Shown here: in pieces, positions 39,112-48,690 of the stretch | How positions within the stretch are numbered: position 1 is the stretch's first letter | Layout: the number at the start of each line of letters is the position of its first letter | Assembly (NCBI GenBank): GCA_024654575.1 | Contig: JANLHG010000014.1 | Location: 88,745 to 152,744 of the forward strand | DNA from: Patescibacteria group bacterium | Lineage (GTDB): Bacteria; Patescibacteriota; Minisyncoccia; Phycocordibacterales; PALSA-1337 | Direction: 5' to 3' | Length of the DNA: 64,000 bases | Notes under the pieces: model-generated | Databases searched by the model: none | Told to the model about the DNA's origin: nothing | The model's input: only the letters and a program-made list of their open reading frames with translations | Made by a program: the position numbers and the translations under genes

Positions 39112-39848
39112 CCCGAAAGACGGTCTTTCGGGTATAATAGAAAGATGGGATATAGAAAGGTATCATTAATGGAGGGTGAATTTTACCATGTTTATAATCG
39201 TGGTAATAGTCGTCAAAGGATATTTTTTGACGATAATGATTATCGTCGCTTTATTAAATTACTTTATATTTGTAATTCCGTAAAGAAATTAGATTTTCGT
39301 GAAGATATAGTTGAAAAGAAAATCGATGTTTGGGATGTTGATCGAGAAAAAACATTAGTTTCAATAGGGGCGTGGGTTTTAATGCCTAATCATTTTCATA
39401 TCTACATTATTACTTCCCCAAAAGACGGTCTTTCGGGAGACTCAAAAGATAATAATATTACTATTTTTATGCGTAAACTTTGTACTGCTTATTCTAAATA
39501 CATTAATACAAAATATAAACGCACAGGTTCTCTTTTTGAGGGAAGATTTAAATCTGTCCATATTAGTGATGATATTCAAGCGAAATATCTTTTTTCGTAC
39601 ATTCATTTAAATGCCGTGAAATTAATTGACAAAAATTGGAAAATAAACGGTATAAAAAATTGGACGAAGGTCAAAAAGTTTCTAGAGAATTATAAATGGT
39701 CAAGCTATTTAGATTATAAAAAAGTTGTTCGTCATGAAAATAATATTTTAAATATAGAAGCATTTCCAAGTTATTTTAAAAATATAAAAGATTTCAATAC
39801 TGAAATAAATGATTGGCTTATGTAGTTCCCGAAAGACCGTCTTTTGGG
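39112..39848 (+). mobile_element. IS200/IS605-like (RAYT-type) Y1-transposase element flanked by REP-like hairpins CCCGAAAGAC(G/C)GTCTTT(C/T)GGG; a third copy lies in-frame inside the gene
   Basis: Hairpins at 39112-39132, 39416-39437 (intragenic, encoding PKDGLSG) and 39828-39848. Confidence 0.6.
39145..39825 (+). CDS. IS200-like / REP-associated tyrosine (Y1, HuH) transposase
   Basis: EFYHVYNRGNSRQRIFFDDNDYRRF...WVLMPNHFHIYI (HuH motif)...YSKYINTKYKRTGSLFEGRFKSVHISDD...YIHLN (catalytic-Tyr region). Confidence 0.7.
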   Translation: MGYRKVSLMEGEFYHVYNRGNSRQRIFFDDNDYRRFIKLLYICNSVKKLDFREDIVEKKIDVWDVDREKTLVSIGAWVLMPNHFHIYIITSPKDGLSGDSKDNNITIFMRKLCTAYSKYINTKYKRTGSLFEGRFKSVHISDDIQAKYLFSYIHLNAVKLIDKNWKINGIKNWTKVKKFLENYKWSSYLDYKKVVRHENNILNIEAFPSYFKNIKDFNTEINDWLM

Positions 39849-39914
39849 ACTGAAGTTCGTTCGGCATGGGGGGTGGCTCAGGTTACATATATTTGCTATT
39901 CTGTAATTATCTTT

Positions 39915-40796
39915 ATGTCCAAAGAACAAATTGAAAATAAAATAAAAGAATTAGAAGTGTCTATGAATACGGGTAATTTTTGGAATGATAAGGAAAAAGC
40001 TCAAGCTGTTATTAAAGAAATTCAACAATTAAAAAATGATTTAGAGGGAGTTGGGAAGTATGATAAAGGAAATGCCATCATGACTATTTTTTCTGGTGCG
40101 GGGGGTGATGATGCGGAGGATTTTTCAGCGATACTTTTTAGAATGTACACTAGATATTTTGACAAGCAAGGTTTTGGTTATAAAATTTTACACGAAAATA
40201 CAAATGACCACGGAGGCTTTAGAAATGTCACAATGGAAATTTCGGGAGGGGTCGGACCTTATGGAACTCTTAAAAATGAATCTGGTGTCCATCGTCTTGT
40301 TCGCATTTCTCCATTTAATGCTAAACAACTTCGCCATACTTCATTTTCAATGGTTGAAGTTATACCTAAATTGGATAAAACCGATAATGATATTGTTATT
40401 CCAGATAAAGACCTTGAAATTACTACAGCAAAATCAAGTGGACCGGGAGGTCAAAATGTTAACAAAAGAGAGACGGCAGTGCGAGCACTTCATATTCCTA
40501 CAAAACTTTCTGTTCATGTTGATAGTGAACGTTCTCAAATACAAAATAGAGAAAAAGCAGTTGAGATTTTAAAAGGTAAATTATATAAACTTCAAGAAGA
40601 TGAAAGAAAAGCCAAAGAAAAAGGAATGTATATTTCTAAAACCACTTCAATAGAATGGGGTAATCAAATTCGTTCCTATGTCCTTCATCCTTATAAAATG
40701 GTTAAAGACCACCGAACAAACATTGAAACATCACAAGTGGATAAGGTTCTAGAAGGTGATATAGACCAATTCATTAGCGCGGAGAAAAATATGTAG
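39915..40796 (+). CDS. prfB: Peptide chain release factor 2 (SPF motif); short N-terminal domain, no programmed +1 frameshift site
   Basis: RISPFNA (SPF tripeptide) and GGQ motif (SSGPGGQNVNK). It is 294 aa; the in-frame upstream sequence lacks a CTT-TGA-C shift site. Confidence 0.8.
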   Translation: MSKEQIENKIKELEVSMNTGNFWNDKEKAQAVIKEIQQLKNDLEGVGKYDKGNAIMTIFSGAGGDDAEDFSAILFRMYTRYFDKQGFGYKILHENTNDHGGFRNVTMEISGGVGPYGTLKNESGVHRLVRISPFNAKQLRHTSFSMVEVIPKLDKTDNDIVIPDKDLEITTAKSSGPGGQNVNKRETAVRALHIPTKLSVHVDSERSQIQNREKAVEILKGKLYKLQEDERKAKEKGMYISKTTSIEWGNQIRSYVLHPYKMVKDHRTNIETSQVDKVLEGDIDQFISAEKNM

Positions 40797-40809
40797 TATA
40801 CTAAATAGG

Positions 40810-41490
40810 ATGATTTATTTTGATAAAGTCTCAAAAATTTATAATGATGATTCTATTGCCCTTAAAGATGTTAGTTTTACTGTAGAGCCAAAAGAATTTG
40901 TTTCTATTGTGGGACATTCTGGTGCAGGTAAAACGACACTTCTAAAACTTCTTCTTGCTGAAGAATATCCGACTGAGGGAAATATTTTTTTTGAATCAAA
41001 AAATGTTCATAATTTAGGACGTAACGATGTGATGAAATTAAGGCGTAGAATTGGAGCTGTTTTTCAGGATTTCAAACTTATCCCAAATAAAACAGCGTAT
41101 GAGAATATTGCTTTTGCTATGGAAGCGGCGGGTAAAACAGAAGAAGAAATAGAATCTGATGTGCCTCATGTTCTTGAACTTGTGGATTTAGGTAAAAAAA
41201 TATGGAGTTTTCCTCACGAACTTTCTGGAGGTGAAAAACAAAGAGTAGCAATTGCTCGGGCTATTGTTAACCAACCAGATGTTATTATTGCTGATGAACC
41301 GACTGGTAATCTTGACCCAATGAATACTTATGAAATCATCAAGATTTTGTGTAAAATAAATGAACTTGGGACGACAGTTATTTTGACTACACATAATAAA
41401 GGAGTTGTGGATTCTGTCGGCAAAAGAGTGTTAACAATAGATGCTGGTAGTATTACAAGGGACGATAAAGAAGGGAAGTATGTATTATAA
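40810..41490 (+). CDS. ftsE: Cell division ATP-binding protein FtsE
   Basis: ABC ATPase motifs; it is immediately followed by the ftsX-like permease. Confidence 0.85.
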   Translation: MIYFDKVSKIYNDDSIALKDVSFTVEPKEFVSIVGHSGAGKTTLLKLLLAEEYPTEGNIFFESKNVHNLGRNDVMKLRRRIGAVFQDFKLIPNKTAYENIAFAMEAAGKTEEEIESDVPHVLELVDLGKKIWSFPHELSGGEKQRVAIARAIVNQPDVIIADEPTGNLDPMNTYEIIKILCKINELGTTVILTTHNKGVVDSVGKRVLTIDAGSITRDDKEGKYVL

Positions 41491-41498
41491 TAATCAAT

Positions 41499-42425
41499 AT
41501 GATTTGGACTTCAATCAAAAGAATATGTAAATCAGGATTTATTAATTTTTGGAGAAACGGTTTCGTTTCGTTTGCTTCTGTTTTGGTGGTAGTAATGTCT
41601 CTATTTGTTTTTGAAGCATTGATATTTTTTAGTATTCTCGGGGGTGTTTATATAAATCAAATTAAAGATAAAGTTGATGTTAATGTTTATTTCGCTACTA
41701 ATGCTTCAGAACAAGATGTTTTAGTATTAAAAAAATCAATTGAAAGTTTACCGGAAGTAGCGAAAGTTGAGTATGTCTCTAGAGACCAATCTTTGATAGA
41801 TTTTAAAGCAAGACATTCAGATGATGAATTAACTATTCAAGGATTAAATGAACTGGGTTTAAACCCATTTCCAGCTGCACTTAATATAAAAGCCAAAGAT
41901 ACTTCTCAATATGGAAGTGTGGCAAAGTTTCTAGAAAGTAAAAATGCTTTGACTAAAAATGGCTCGACTATTATTGAGAGTATAAATTATAATAAAAATA
42001 AATTGATTATAGACCGTCTAATTAAAATTTTAGATTCCTTGAATAAATTAGGTGTAGCCATAACTTCTATTTTAATTTTTATTGCTATCGCTATAACTTT
42101 CAATACTATACGCCTTAGTATTTATGCTTCTCGTGAAGAAATCGGAGTAATGAAATTGGTTGGAGCAAGTAATAAATATGTTCGTGGACCGTTTGTAGTT
42201 TCCGGTATTATGTATGGGCTTATATCATCATTTATCACTCTGATTATTTTTTATCCCACAGTGTATTATTTAGGCACTATTACCAATAACTTTTCCTCTG
42301 ATGTTAATTTAGTAAATTATTACATTATTAATTTTGGTCAAATTTTTTTGATTATCACTGGATCAGGTATTCTTCTAGGGGCAATCTCTAGCTATTTAGC
42401 AGTAAGGAGGTATTTGAAAGTATGA
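41499..42425 (+). CDS. ftsX: Cell division permease-like protein FtsX
   Basis: Four-TM FtsX topology with a periplasmic domain. Confidence 0.8.
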   Translation: MIWTSIKRICKSGFINFWRNGFVSFASVLVVVMSLFVFEALIFFSILGGVYINQIKDKVDVNVYFATNASEQDVLVLKKSIESLPEVAKVEYVSRDQSLIDFKARHSDDELTIQGLNELGLNPFPAALNIKAKDTSQYGSVAKFLESKNALTKNGSTIIESINYNKNKLIIDRLIKILDSLNKLGVAITSILIFIAIAITFNTIRLSIYASREEIGVMKLVGASNKYVRGPFVVSGIMYGLISSFITLIIFYPTVYYLGTITNNFSSDVNLVNYYIINFGQIFLIITGSGILLGAISSYLAVRRYLKV

Positions 42426-43690
42426 CTTACAAAAAAAAGATTTTAAAAAATGGCTTGCGGATTATTACCGTACCAATAAAAGACAATCCGGCAGTAACTA
42501 TGCTTGTGATGGTTGAAGCTGGTTCAAAATATGAGTCAAAAAAGATAGGAGGAGTTTCTCACTTTTTGGAACATATGTGTTTTAAAGGAACTGAAAAGCG
42601 TCCGAAAGCTATAGATATTTCTCGTGAATTGGATAGTATCGGTTCTCAATATAATGCTTTTACAGCTCAGGAATTTACTGGATATTATGCTAAAAGTGAC
42701 CCTAAACATTTAAATACTATTTTAGATGTAATTTCTGATATGTATTTAAATCCTATTTTTGATAAAAATGAAATTGAAAAAGAAAAAGGTGTCATTATTG
42801 AGGAAATAAATATGTATGAAGATATGCCTCAGCAAGATGTTCAGGAAGTTTTTATGAAGCTTTTGTATGGAGACCAGCCAGCTGGTTGGGGTATTGCTGG
42901 TACTAAAGAAAGTGTTAAAGCTTTGACACAGGAAGATTTTAAAGATTATAGAAACAAACATTACGTTTCTGGAGCTACAAGCGTAATTGTGGCTGGAAAA
43001 TTTGATGAAGAATCAATTTTTGAGGCCATTGAAAAGAAATTTAATGGAATCCATGAAGGTGAAAAACACAGTAAAACAAAAGTTTTAGAAAGTCAAGAAA
43101 AACCAGCTATAGTTATTAAAAATAAAAAAACAGACCAAACACATATAGTAATTGGAACGAGGACATTTGATACTTTTAATAATTTCAATTGGGTGCTTAA
43201 AGTTATCGGTGTGATTTTAGGGGGTGGTATGAGCTCTCGTTTATTTCAAAAACTGCGAGACGAAATGGGGGTTGGTTATTATGTTAGTGCAGGAAATGAC
43301 ACCTATACTGACCACGGTTGTTTTCAGGTGTCTGCTGGTATAGACAGTTCTAGAATAGTTGAAACGACTAAAGTAATTTTGAATGAATTTATAAAATTAA
43401 AAAATGAAGATATTTCAGAGGAAGAATTGAAAAAGGCTAAAGATTATATTATCGGTAATATGTTCTTATCTTTAGAGACATCTGATTCACTAGCAGAGTT
43501 TTATGGATATCAAGAAATTTTGAAAAAGAATATACAAACTCCACAAGAAATGGCCGATAAAGTTTCTATGGTGACTAGCAAAGATATAAAAGAGGTAGCG
43601 AATATGATTTTCCAAGATAAAAATCTTAACATGGCTATTTTAGGTAATTTTGAAAAAACTAAAGAGTTTGAAGATATATTTCACATTTAG
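42422..43690 (+). CDS. M16 family zinc peptidase (pitrilysin/insulinase-like)
   Basis: Inverted zinc motif HFLEHMCFKGT...E. Confidence 0.8.
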   Translation: MTYKKKILKNGLRIITVPIKDNPAVTMLVMVEAGSKYESKKIGGVSHFLEHMCFKGTEKRPKAIDISRELDSIGSQYNAFTAQEFTGYYAKSDPKHLNTILDVISDMYLNPIFDKNEIEKEKGVIIEEINMYEDMPQQDVQEVFMKLLYGDQPAGWGIAGTKESVKALTQEDFKDYRNKHYVSGATSVIVAGKFDEESIFEAIEKKFNGIHEGEKHSKTKVLESQEKPAIVIKNKKTDQTHIVIGTRTFDTFNNFNWVLKVIGVILGGGMSSRLFQKLRDEMGVGYYVSAGNDTYTDHGCFQVSAGIDSSRIVETTKVILNEFIKLKNEDISEEELKKAKDYIIGNMFLSLETSDSLAEFYGYQEILKKNIQTPQEMADKVSMVTSKDIKEVANMIFQDKNLNMAILGNFEKTKEFEDIFHI

Positions 43691-43722
43691 CGAGTTAGTG
43701 TTATAATCTTGATATAAATAAT

Positions 43723-44763
43723 ATGGGAGATAAGAATATATCAATAAAAATCACTTCTGGAACTATAGTTAAGGCACTTTGCTATATTTTACTTTTCTAT
43801 ATTTTGTTTTTAATTAAAGATCTAGTACTGGTGGTGTTTGGTGCTATTGTGATAGCTTCTTCCATTGAGCCTGTTACTAAATGGTTGGGGAAACATAAGA
43901 TTAAACGCCTGCTAGCGGTAATCATTTCTTACGTTATCTTAGGTGTTATATTGTCTGGGATATTATTTTTGTTCCTTCCAAGAGTGCTTTCAGAAGCTAT
44001 TGTATATGTAAATAATCTCCCACAGAATATAAGTGTTGATGATTTGTGGAATCCTATAAAAGATAGTAGTTTTGCTCAGAGTTTTTCTTTGCAAGATGTA
44101 ACTGAACAAATAAAAACTTTTATATCTGGAACGGGTGAGAGTATTATAAAAACTGCCAATTTGATTTTCGGGGGAGTATTATCTTTTATTTTGATTATAG
44201 TTCTATCTTTTTATTTTGCAGTGCAAGAAGATGGGGTGGGCAATTTTTTGAAAATAATAACTCCATTAAAAAAGGAAAATTATATTATTGATTTATGGAA
44301 AAGATCACAATTAAAAATAGGTTATTGGCTTCAAGGTCAATTATTACTCGGACTTTTAATTGGTATCTTCGTTTATGTAGGTCTTCTTATTTTAGGTATC
44401 AAACACGCGTTACTTTTGGCGACTTTAGCGGCAATCTTTGAATTAATTCCTATTTTTGGTCCTCTTCTTTCAGCAGTACCAGCTATTTTGATTGCTTATG
44501 TTGATGGAGGAGTGACAACAGGATTACTCGTTATAGGACTTTATATCATCATTCAACAATTTGAAAATCATTTGATTTATCCTTTGGTAGTAAGAAAAAT
44601 TGTTGGTATTTCTCCGATTTTAGTTATTCTTTCTTTGGTTATTGGAGCAAAATTAGCAGGCTTTCTCGGAATGATTCTTTCTGTTCCGATAGCTTCGGCT
44701 ATTATGGAATTCGTTAACGATATTGAAAAAAATCGTCGTAGTCCAAGTGAAATCGAGGTCTAG
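43723..44763 (+). CDS. AI-2E family transporter (PerM/UPF0118)
   Basis: Eight-TM protein with the typical AI-2E layout. Confidence 0.65.
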   Translation: MGDKNISIKITSGTIVKALCYILLFYILFLIKDLVLVVFGAIVIASSIEPVTKWLGKHKIKRLLAVIISYVILGVILSGILFLFLPRVLSEAIVYVNNLPQNISVDDLWNPIKDSSFAQSFSLQDVTEQIKTFISGTGESIIKTANLIFGGVLSFILIIVLSFYFAVQEDGVGNFLKIITPLKKENYIIDLWKRSQLKIGYWLQGQLLLGLLIGIFVYVGLLILGIKHALLLATLAAIFELIPIFGPLLSAVPAILIAYVDGGVTTGLLVIGLYIIIQQFENHLIYPLVVRKIVGISPILVILSLVIGAKLAGFLGMILSVPIASAIMEFVNDIEKNRRSPSEIEV

Positions 44764-44772
44764 TAAAAATTT

Positions 44773-46239
44773 ATGAAAACGTTTTATATCACAACCACAT
44801 TACCATATGTGAATGCTCCTCTCCATATCGGGCATGCACTTGAGCTTGTGCGTGCAGATGTTATAGCTCGTTATAAAAAACTTACAGGATATGATGTTTA
44901 TTTTAACACAGGAACTGACGAGCATGGTCTTAAAATATATGAAAAAGCTAAGGAAAAAGGTTTAAGTGTACAGGATTTTGTTGACCAAGGGTTTGCAACT
45001 TTTAAAAATCAATTAGAAATGTTTGGTGTGACTAAAGATGTTCATTTTGTTCGTACTACCGATAAACACCACATAGAATCAGCTCAACATTTTTGGAAAC
45101 TTGTTGAAAAGAATGGTTTTATGTATAAAAAAGATTATGAATCTAAGTATTGTATTGGTTGTGAAAGTGAAAAAACAGATTCCGAATTAAAGAATGACGA
45201 ATGTGTAGAACACCCAGGAGCAAAAGTTTCTGTAATTAAAGAAGAGAATTATTTTTTTAAATACTCGGTCTTTGGAGATAAACTCTTGGATTTTTATGAA
45301 AAAAATCTAAATTTTATTGTTCCAGATTTTCGTTTTAATGAGATAAAAACATTTGTAAAAACAGGTTTGCAAGATTTTTCTATCTCTAGATTGAAGTCAA
45401 AAATGCCTTGGGGTATTGAAGTTCCGGGGGATAAAGAACAAGTAATGTATGTATGGTTTGATGCTTTGATTAATTATATTTCCACTTTGGGCTGGCCGGA
45501 AGATATGAAAACTTTTGAAAAATATTGGGTAAATGGAAACTCTACTCAGTATTGTGGAAAAGACAATACTCGTTTCCAGGGTGCTATGTGGCAAGCTATG
45601 CTTTTTGCCGCTGGAGTTCCTAATTCACATAAAATAGTTGTCAATGGTTTTATTACTGGTGATAGGGGTATTAAGATGTCTAAATCTATCGGTGACGTGA
45701 TAAACCCGTGTGACATTGTCAAAGAATACGGCACAGATGCTTTACGATATTTCCTTTTGCGAGAGATTTCTAGTTTTGAAGACAGTCCGTTTACAATGGA
45801 GAGATTCAAAGATGCTTACAATGCGAATTTGGCGAATGGTTTGGGGAATTTGGTTTCAAGAGTAATGAAAATGGCTACGACCAACAATATAACTATTGAT
45901 AAATTTCCAACCTATAAACAAGCATTAGAAGTTGATACTGAAGACATGGTACGCTTTTCTGACTCAATAGAAAAATTTGATATTAAACTTGCTATGGATC
46001 TATTATGGACACGCATACAAATTATGGATAAATTGATACAATTAGAACAACCGTTTAAATTACTGAAAAGCAAGAAGACAGAAACAAAAGGAATTCAATG
46101 TATCAAAGATATTCTTGTTGGTGTTTATCAGGTTGCGTTACTATTAGAGCCTATGATGCCTAGTACTGCTATTGAAGTTCAAAGACTTATCCAAGAAAAT
46201 AAAATGCCAGAGAAGCCATTGTTTTTGAGGAGGGAGTAA
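44773..46239 (+). CDS. metG: Methionyl-tRNA synthetase (compact form)
   Basis: HIGH-type motif PYVNAPLHIGHA, a Cys-rich knuckle and KMSKS. Confidence 0.9.
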   Translation: MKTFYITTTLPYVNAPLHIGHALELVRADVIARYKKLTGYDVYFNTGTDEHGLKIYEKAKEKGLSVQDFVDQGFATFKNQLEMFGVTKDVHFVRTTDKHHIESAQHFWKLVEKNGFMYKKDYESKYCIGCESEKTDSELKNDECVEHPGAKVSVIKEENYFFKYSVFGDKLLDFYEKNLNFIVPDFRFNEIKTFVKTGLQDFSISRLKSKMPWGIEVPGDKEQVMYVWFDALINYISTLGWPEDMKTFEKYWVNGNSTQYCGKDNTRFQGAMWQAMLFAAGVPNSHKIVVNGFITGDRGIKMSKSIGDVINPCDIVKEYGTDALRYFLLREISSFEDSPFTMERFKDAYNANLANGLGNLVSRVMKMATTNNITIDKFPTYKQALEVDTEDMVRFSDSIEKFDIKLAMDLLWTRIQIMDKLIQLEQPFKLLKSKKTETKGIQCIKDILVGVYQVALLLEPMMPSTAIEVQRLIQENKMPEKPLFLRRE

Positions 46240-46685
46240 GAACCTCACCCCCAACCCCTCTCCTTAATAAGGAGAGGGGGGTCCAAACTCAAATTATTAT
46301 ATGACTATTTTCTATAATAAATCAAAAAATTTAACTAAGCGGATTTTATTAAGACGCTCTCAAACGCCTCAAGAGACAATACTGTGGGGTAAGATTAGAG
46401 ATAATCAATTGGGTTTCAAAATAAAAAGACAATATTCTGTTGGACCATATGTTTTGGATTTTTATTGTTCTTCAAAAAAGTTAGCTATTGAAATAGATGG
46501 CTCGCAACATATAAAGGAGAAAGAATATGATATTGAACGGTCAGAATATTTGTCTATATTTGGTATAAAAGTAATTCGTTTTTGGAATAATGAAGTTAAT
46601 GTTAATATTGAGGGTGTAATATTAAAAATTGTGAATGAATTGAATTCACCCTCTCCTTATTAAGGAGAGGGTAGGGTGAGGTTCT
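46240..46685. mobile_element. Cassette bounded by roughly 40-bp inverted repeats (each ending in the palindrome CCTCTCCTTAATAAGGAGAGG) carrying a DUF559 gene; inserted between metG and tatD
   Basis: Left end GAACCTCACCCCCAACCCCTCTCCTTAATAAGGAGAGGGG. The reverse complement of the right end is GAACCTCACCCTACCCTCTCCTTAATAAGGAGAGGG. Confidence 0.5.
46301..46663 (+). CDS. DUF559 (Vsr/restriction-endonuclease-like fold) protein
   Basis: LRRSQTPQETILWGKIRDNQLGFKIKRQYSVGPYVLDFYC...LAIEIDGSQH...VIRFWNNEV matches the DUF559 pattern. Confidence 0.75.
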   Translation: MTIFYNKSKNLTKRILLRRSQTPQETILWGKIRDNQLGFKIKRQYSVGPYVLDFYCSSKKLAIEIDGSQHIKEKEYDIERSEYLSIFGIKVIRFWNNEVNVNIEGVILKIVNELNSPSPY

Positions 46686-46694
46686 TGAGTTATT

Positions 46695-47444
46695 ATGACT
46701 TCTAAATACATAGACATACACAGCCACGTAAACTTCAAAGCCTTTGACGAAGATAGGGAAACGGTTATTGGGCGTGCATTAGATAATAATATTTGGATGA
46801 TAAATGTTGGAACAGATTTAGAAACTTCAAAAAAAGCCATTGATATCGCTGGGCAATATAAAAAAGGAATTTATGCGACTATTGGATTACACCCTACGCA
46901 TACGGGAGAAATTTTTGATATTGATACTTATCTAAATATTGCAAAGAATAATAAAGTAGTAGCTATTGGAGAATGTGGGTTGGATTATAAGGAGGGGAAG
47001 CAAGAAGGACAGAAGGATATTTTTATAAAACACATAGAATTAGCGAATGAGGTTAGTAAACCTTTGATGTTGCATATAAGGGAGGCATATAAAGATGCGA
47101 TCGAGATTCTTAAGAGATATGCAAAGGTTAAGGGTAATGTTCATTTTTTTGCTGGTACAATAGAGGAAGCAAAACAATTTTTGGAACTCGGTTTTACCCT
47201 TTCTTTTACTGGAGTAATTACTTTTGCTAAACAGTATCAAGAGTTGGTTGAGTACATTCCGCTGGATATGATGATGTCGGAGACAGATTGCCCATTTGTA
47301 ACGCCAATTCCTTATCGAGGAGAAAGAAATGAGCCATTATATGTTCAGGAAGTTGTTAAAAAAATTGCAGAGATAAAAAATATGAACATAGATTTAGTAA
47401 AAAAACAACTAGTTGAGAATGCTTTTAAAAGTTTCCATTTTTGA
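46695..47444 (+). CDS. tatD: TatD family hydrolase/DNase
   Basis: IDIHSHVNF...GECGLDY...HIREA... Confidence 0.85.
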   Translation: MTSKYIDIHSHVNFKAFDEDRETVIGRALDNNIWMINVGTDLETSKKAIDIAGQYKKGIYATIGLHPTHTGEIFDIDTYLNIAKNNKVVAIGECGLDYKEGKQEGQKDIFIKHIELANEVSKPLMLHIREAYKDAIEILKRYAKVKGNVHFFAGTIEEAKQFLELGFTLSFTGVITFAKQYQELVEYIPLDMMMSETDCPFVTPIPYRGERNEPLYVQEVVKKIAEIKNMNIDLVKKQLVENAFKSFHF

Positions 47445-47498
47445 TGGACATTTTTCATGGTTATATGGCAGAACCAGAGGTATGGAGTTTTTTCTTAA

Positions 47499-48668
47499 TT
47501 ATTTAGTGTCTTCCAGAGTCAGACTATACCTTAATCCATAGAGAATAATTATTCCAAGTACTATAAAAGAATATCTGTAATCAATAAATAAGAAAGTTGA
47601 GCTAGCGATAAGTGGTGCGACTACGTAAGCGGTTGGACGAGTTATTCTAAAGAAAGATAAAATGCTTGAAGATCTACCGTCAATTTTTTTAAAAAAATAT
47701 GTTTCGTTCATAACCTCTATCATTGACGCTCCGACGCGGGTCATAAAAAGAACGAGTGCCCATAACCAGATATTTTTAACTGTAATTAGAGAAATTGAGA
47801 TAGTTGCTAAAGCGGTAATAATAAAACCTATAGATAGAATTTCTTTTTCCCCTAATTTTTTATCAGCAATATTTCCTAACGGCATTTCTAGAATAACAAA
47901 AGGTAAAAGCATAATGGTGAATATTATACCTATTTCTTTCCAATTAAATCCGACATATTGATGTAAATATATCGGCATATAGATAACCATCCAAGCATAA
48001 AAGAAGTTTAATAATATGCTGGATAAAAATATTCTATAATAATTTTTATTCCTTAATATTTTACTAAAAGTGTTTTTGATACTCAAATGGTCGTAAATGG
48101 GATCTTTGAATTTTTTAAAATTTGTTTGTAGAAAATAAATTAATGGAATAAGTAAAATGATGGCACTTAAGTATATTTTTTTATAATCATTTATACCAAT
48201 CAACATCCCTACAATCATTGGTGATAATATCCAAGCAGAGTTTGCTACTGTTAAATACATTCCACGAATTCCACCTGTATGGATGTCTTCAGATTGATTT
48301 TCCAGAAAAATATCAAGAGTGAAAAAAATTAATCCGATTACTACGAAATTTGCTACGAAAAGTGGAGCGATAAGATAAAAACTTTCAAAATAAACAATTC
48401 CCGAAAAAATCAGAGCTTGAAAGGTGATTAATGTTAGGGTTATTTTATAATTACCAAAACGCCGTAGTAGGCGACTCATAAACAAAAAACTCAATATGGT
48501 AAGTATTGAGCCGATACTATATAACAATCCTAGTCCTCTTTCGGAAGTGTATTGATTCAGAAAAGAAGAGTTGACAATCGTTGGTAAGGCAGAGTGTATA
48601 GTTAATATAAATACCAAAAGACAAATTGAATATAGTGAGCGATTATGCCTTCTGTGTACGAATTTCAT
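47499..48668 (-). CDS. MFS transporter
   Basis: About 12 TM helices with MFS-like loops. Confidence 0.65.
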   Translation of the reverse strand: MKFVHRRHNRSLYSICLLVFILTIHSALPTIVNSSFLNQYTSERGLGLLYSIGSILTILSFLFMSRLLRRFGNYKITLTLITFQALIFSGIVYFESFYLIAPLFVANFVVIGLIFFTLDIFLENQSEDIHTGGIRGMYLTVANSAWILSPMIVGMLIGINDYKKIYLSAIILLIPLIYFLQTNFKKFKDPIYDHLSIKNTFSKILRNKNYYRIFLSSILLNFFYAWMVIYMPIYLHQYVGFNWKEIGIIFTIMLLPFVILEMPLGNIADKKLGEKEILSIGFIITALATISISLITVKNIWLWALVLFMTRVGASMIEVMNETYFFKKIDGRSSSILSFFRITRPTAYVVAPLIASSTFLFIDYRYSFIVLGIIILYGLRYSLTLEDTK

Positions 48669-48690
48669 AACAGAGATATTATAGCACGGC

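Noticed and set aside
38978-39169. ORF-track CDS 38978..39169(+)
   Set aside because: It lies entirely within the two tRNA-Thr genes and the REP hairpin.
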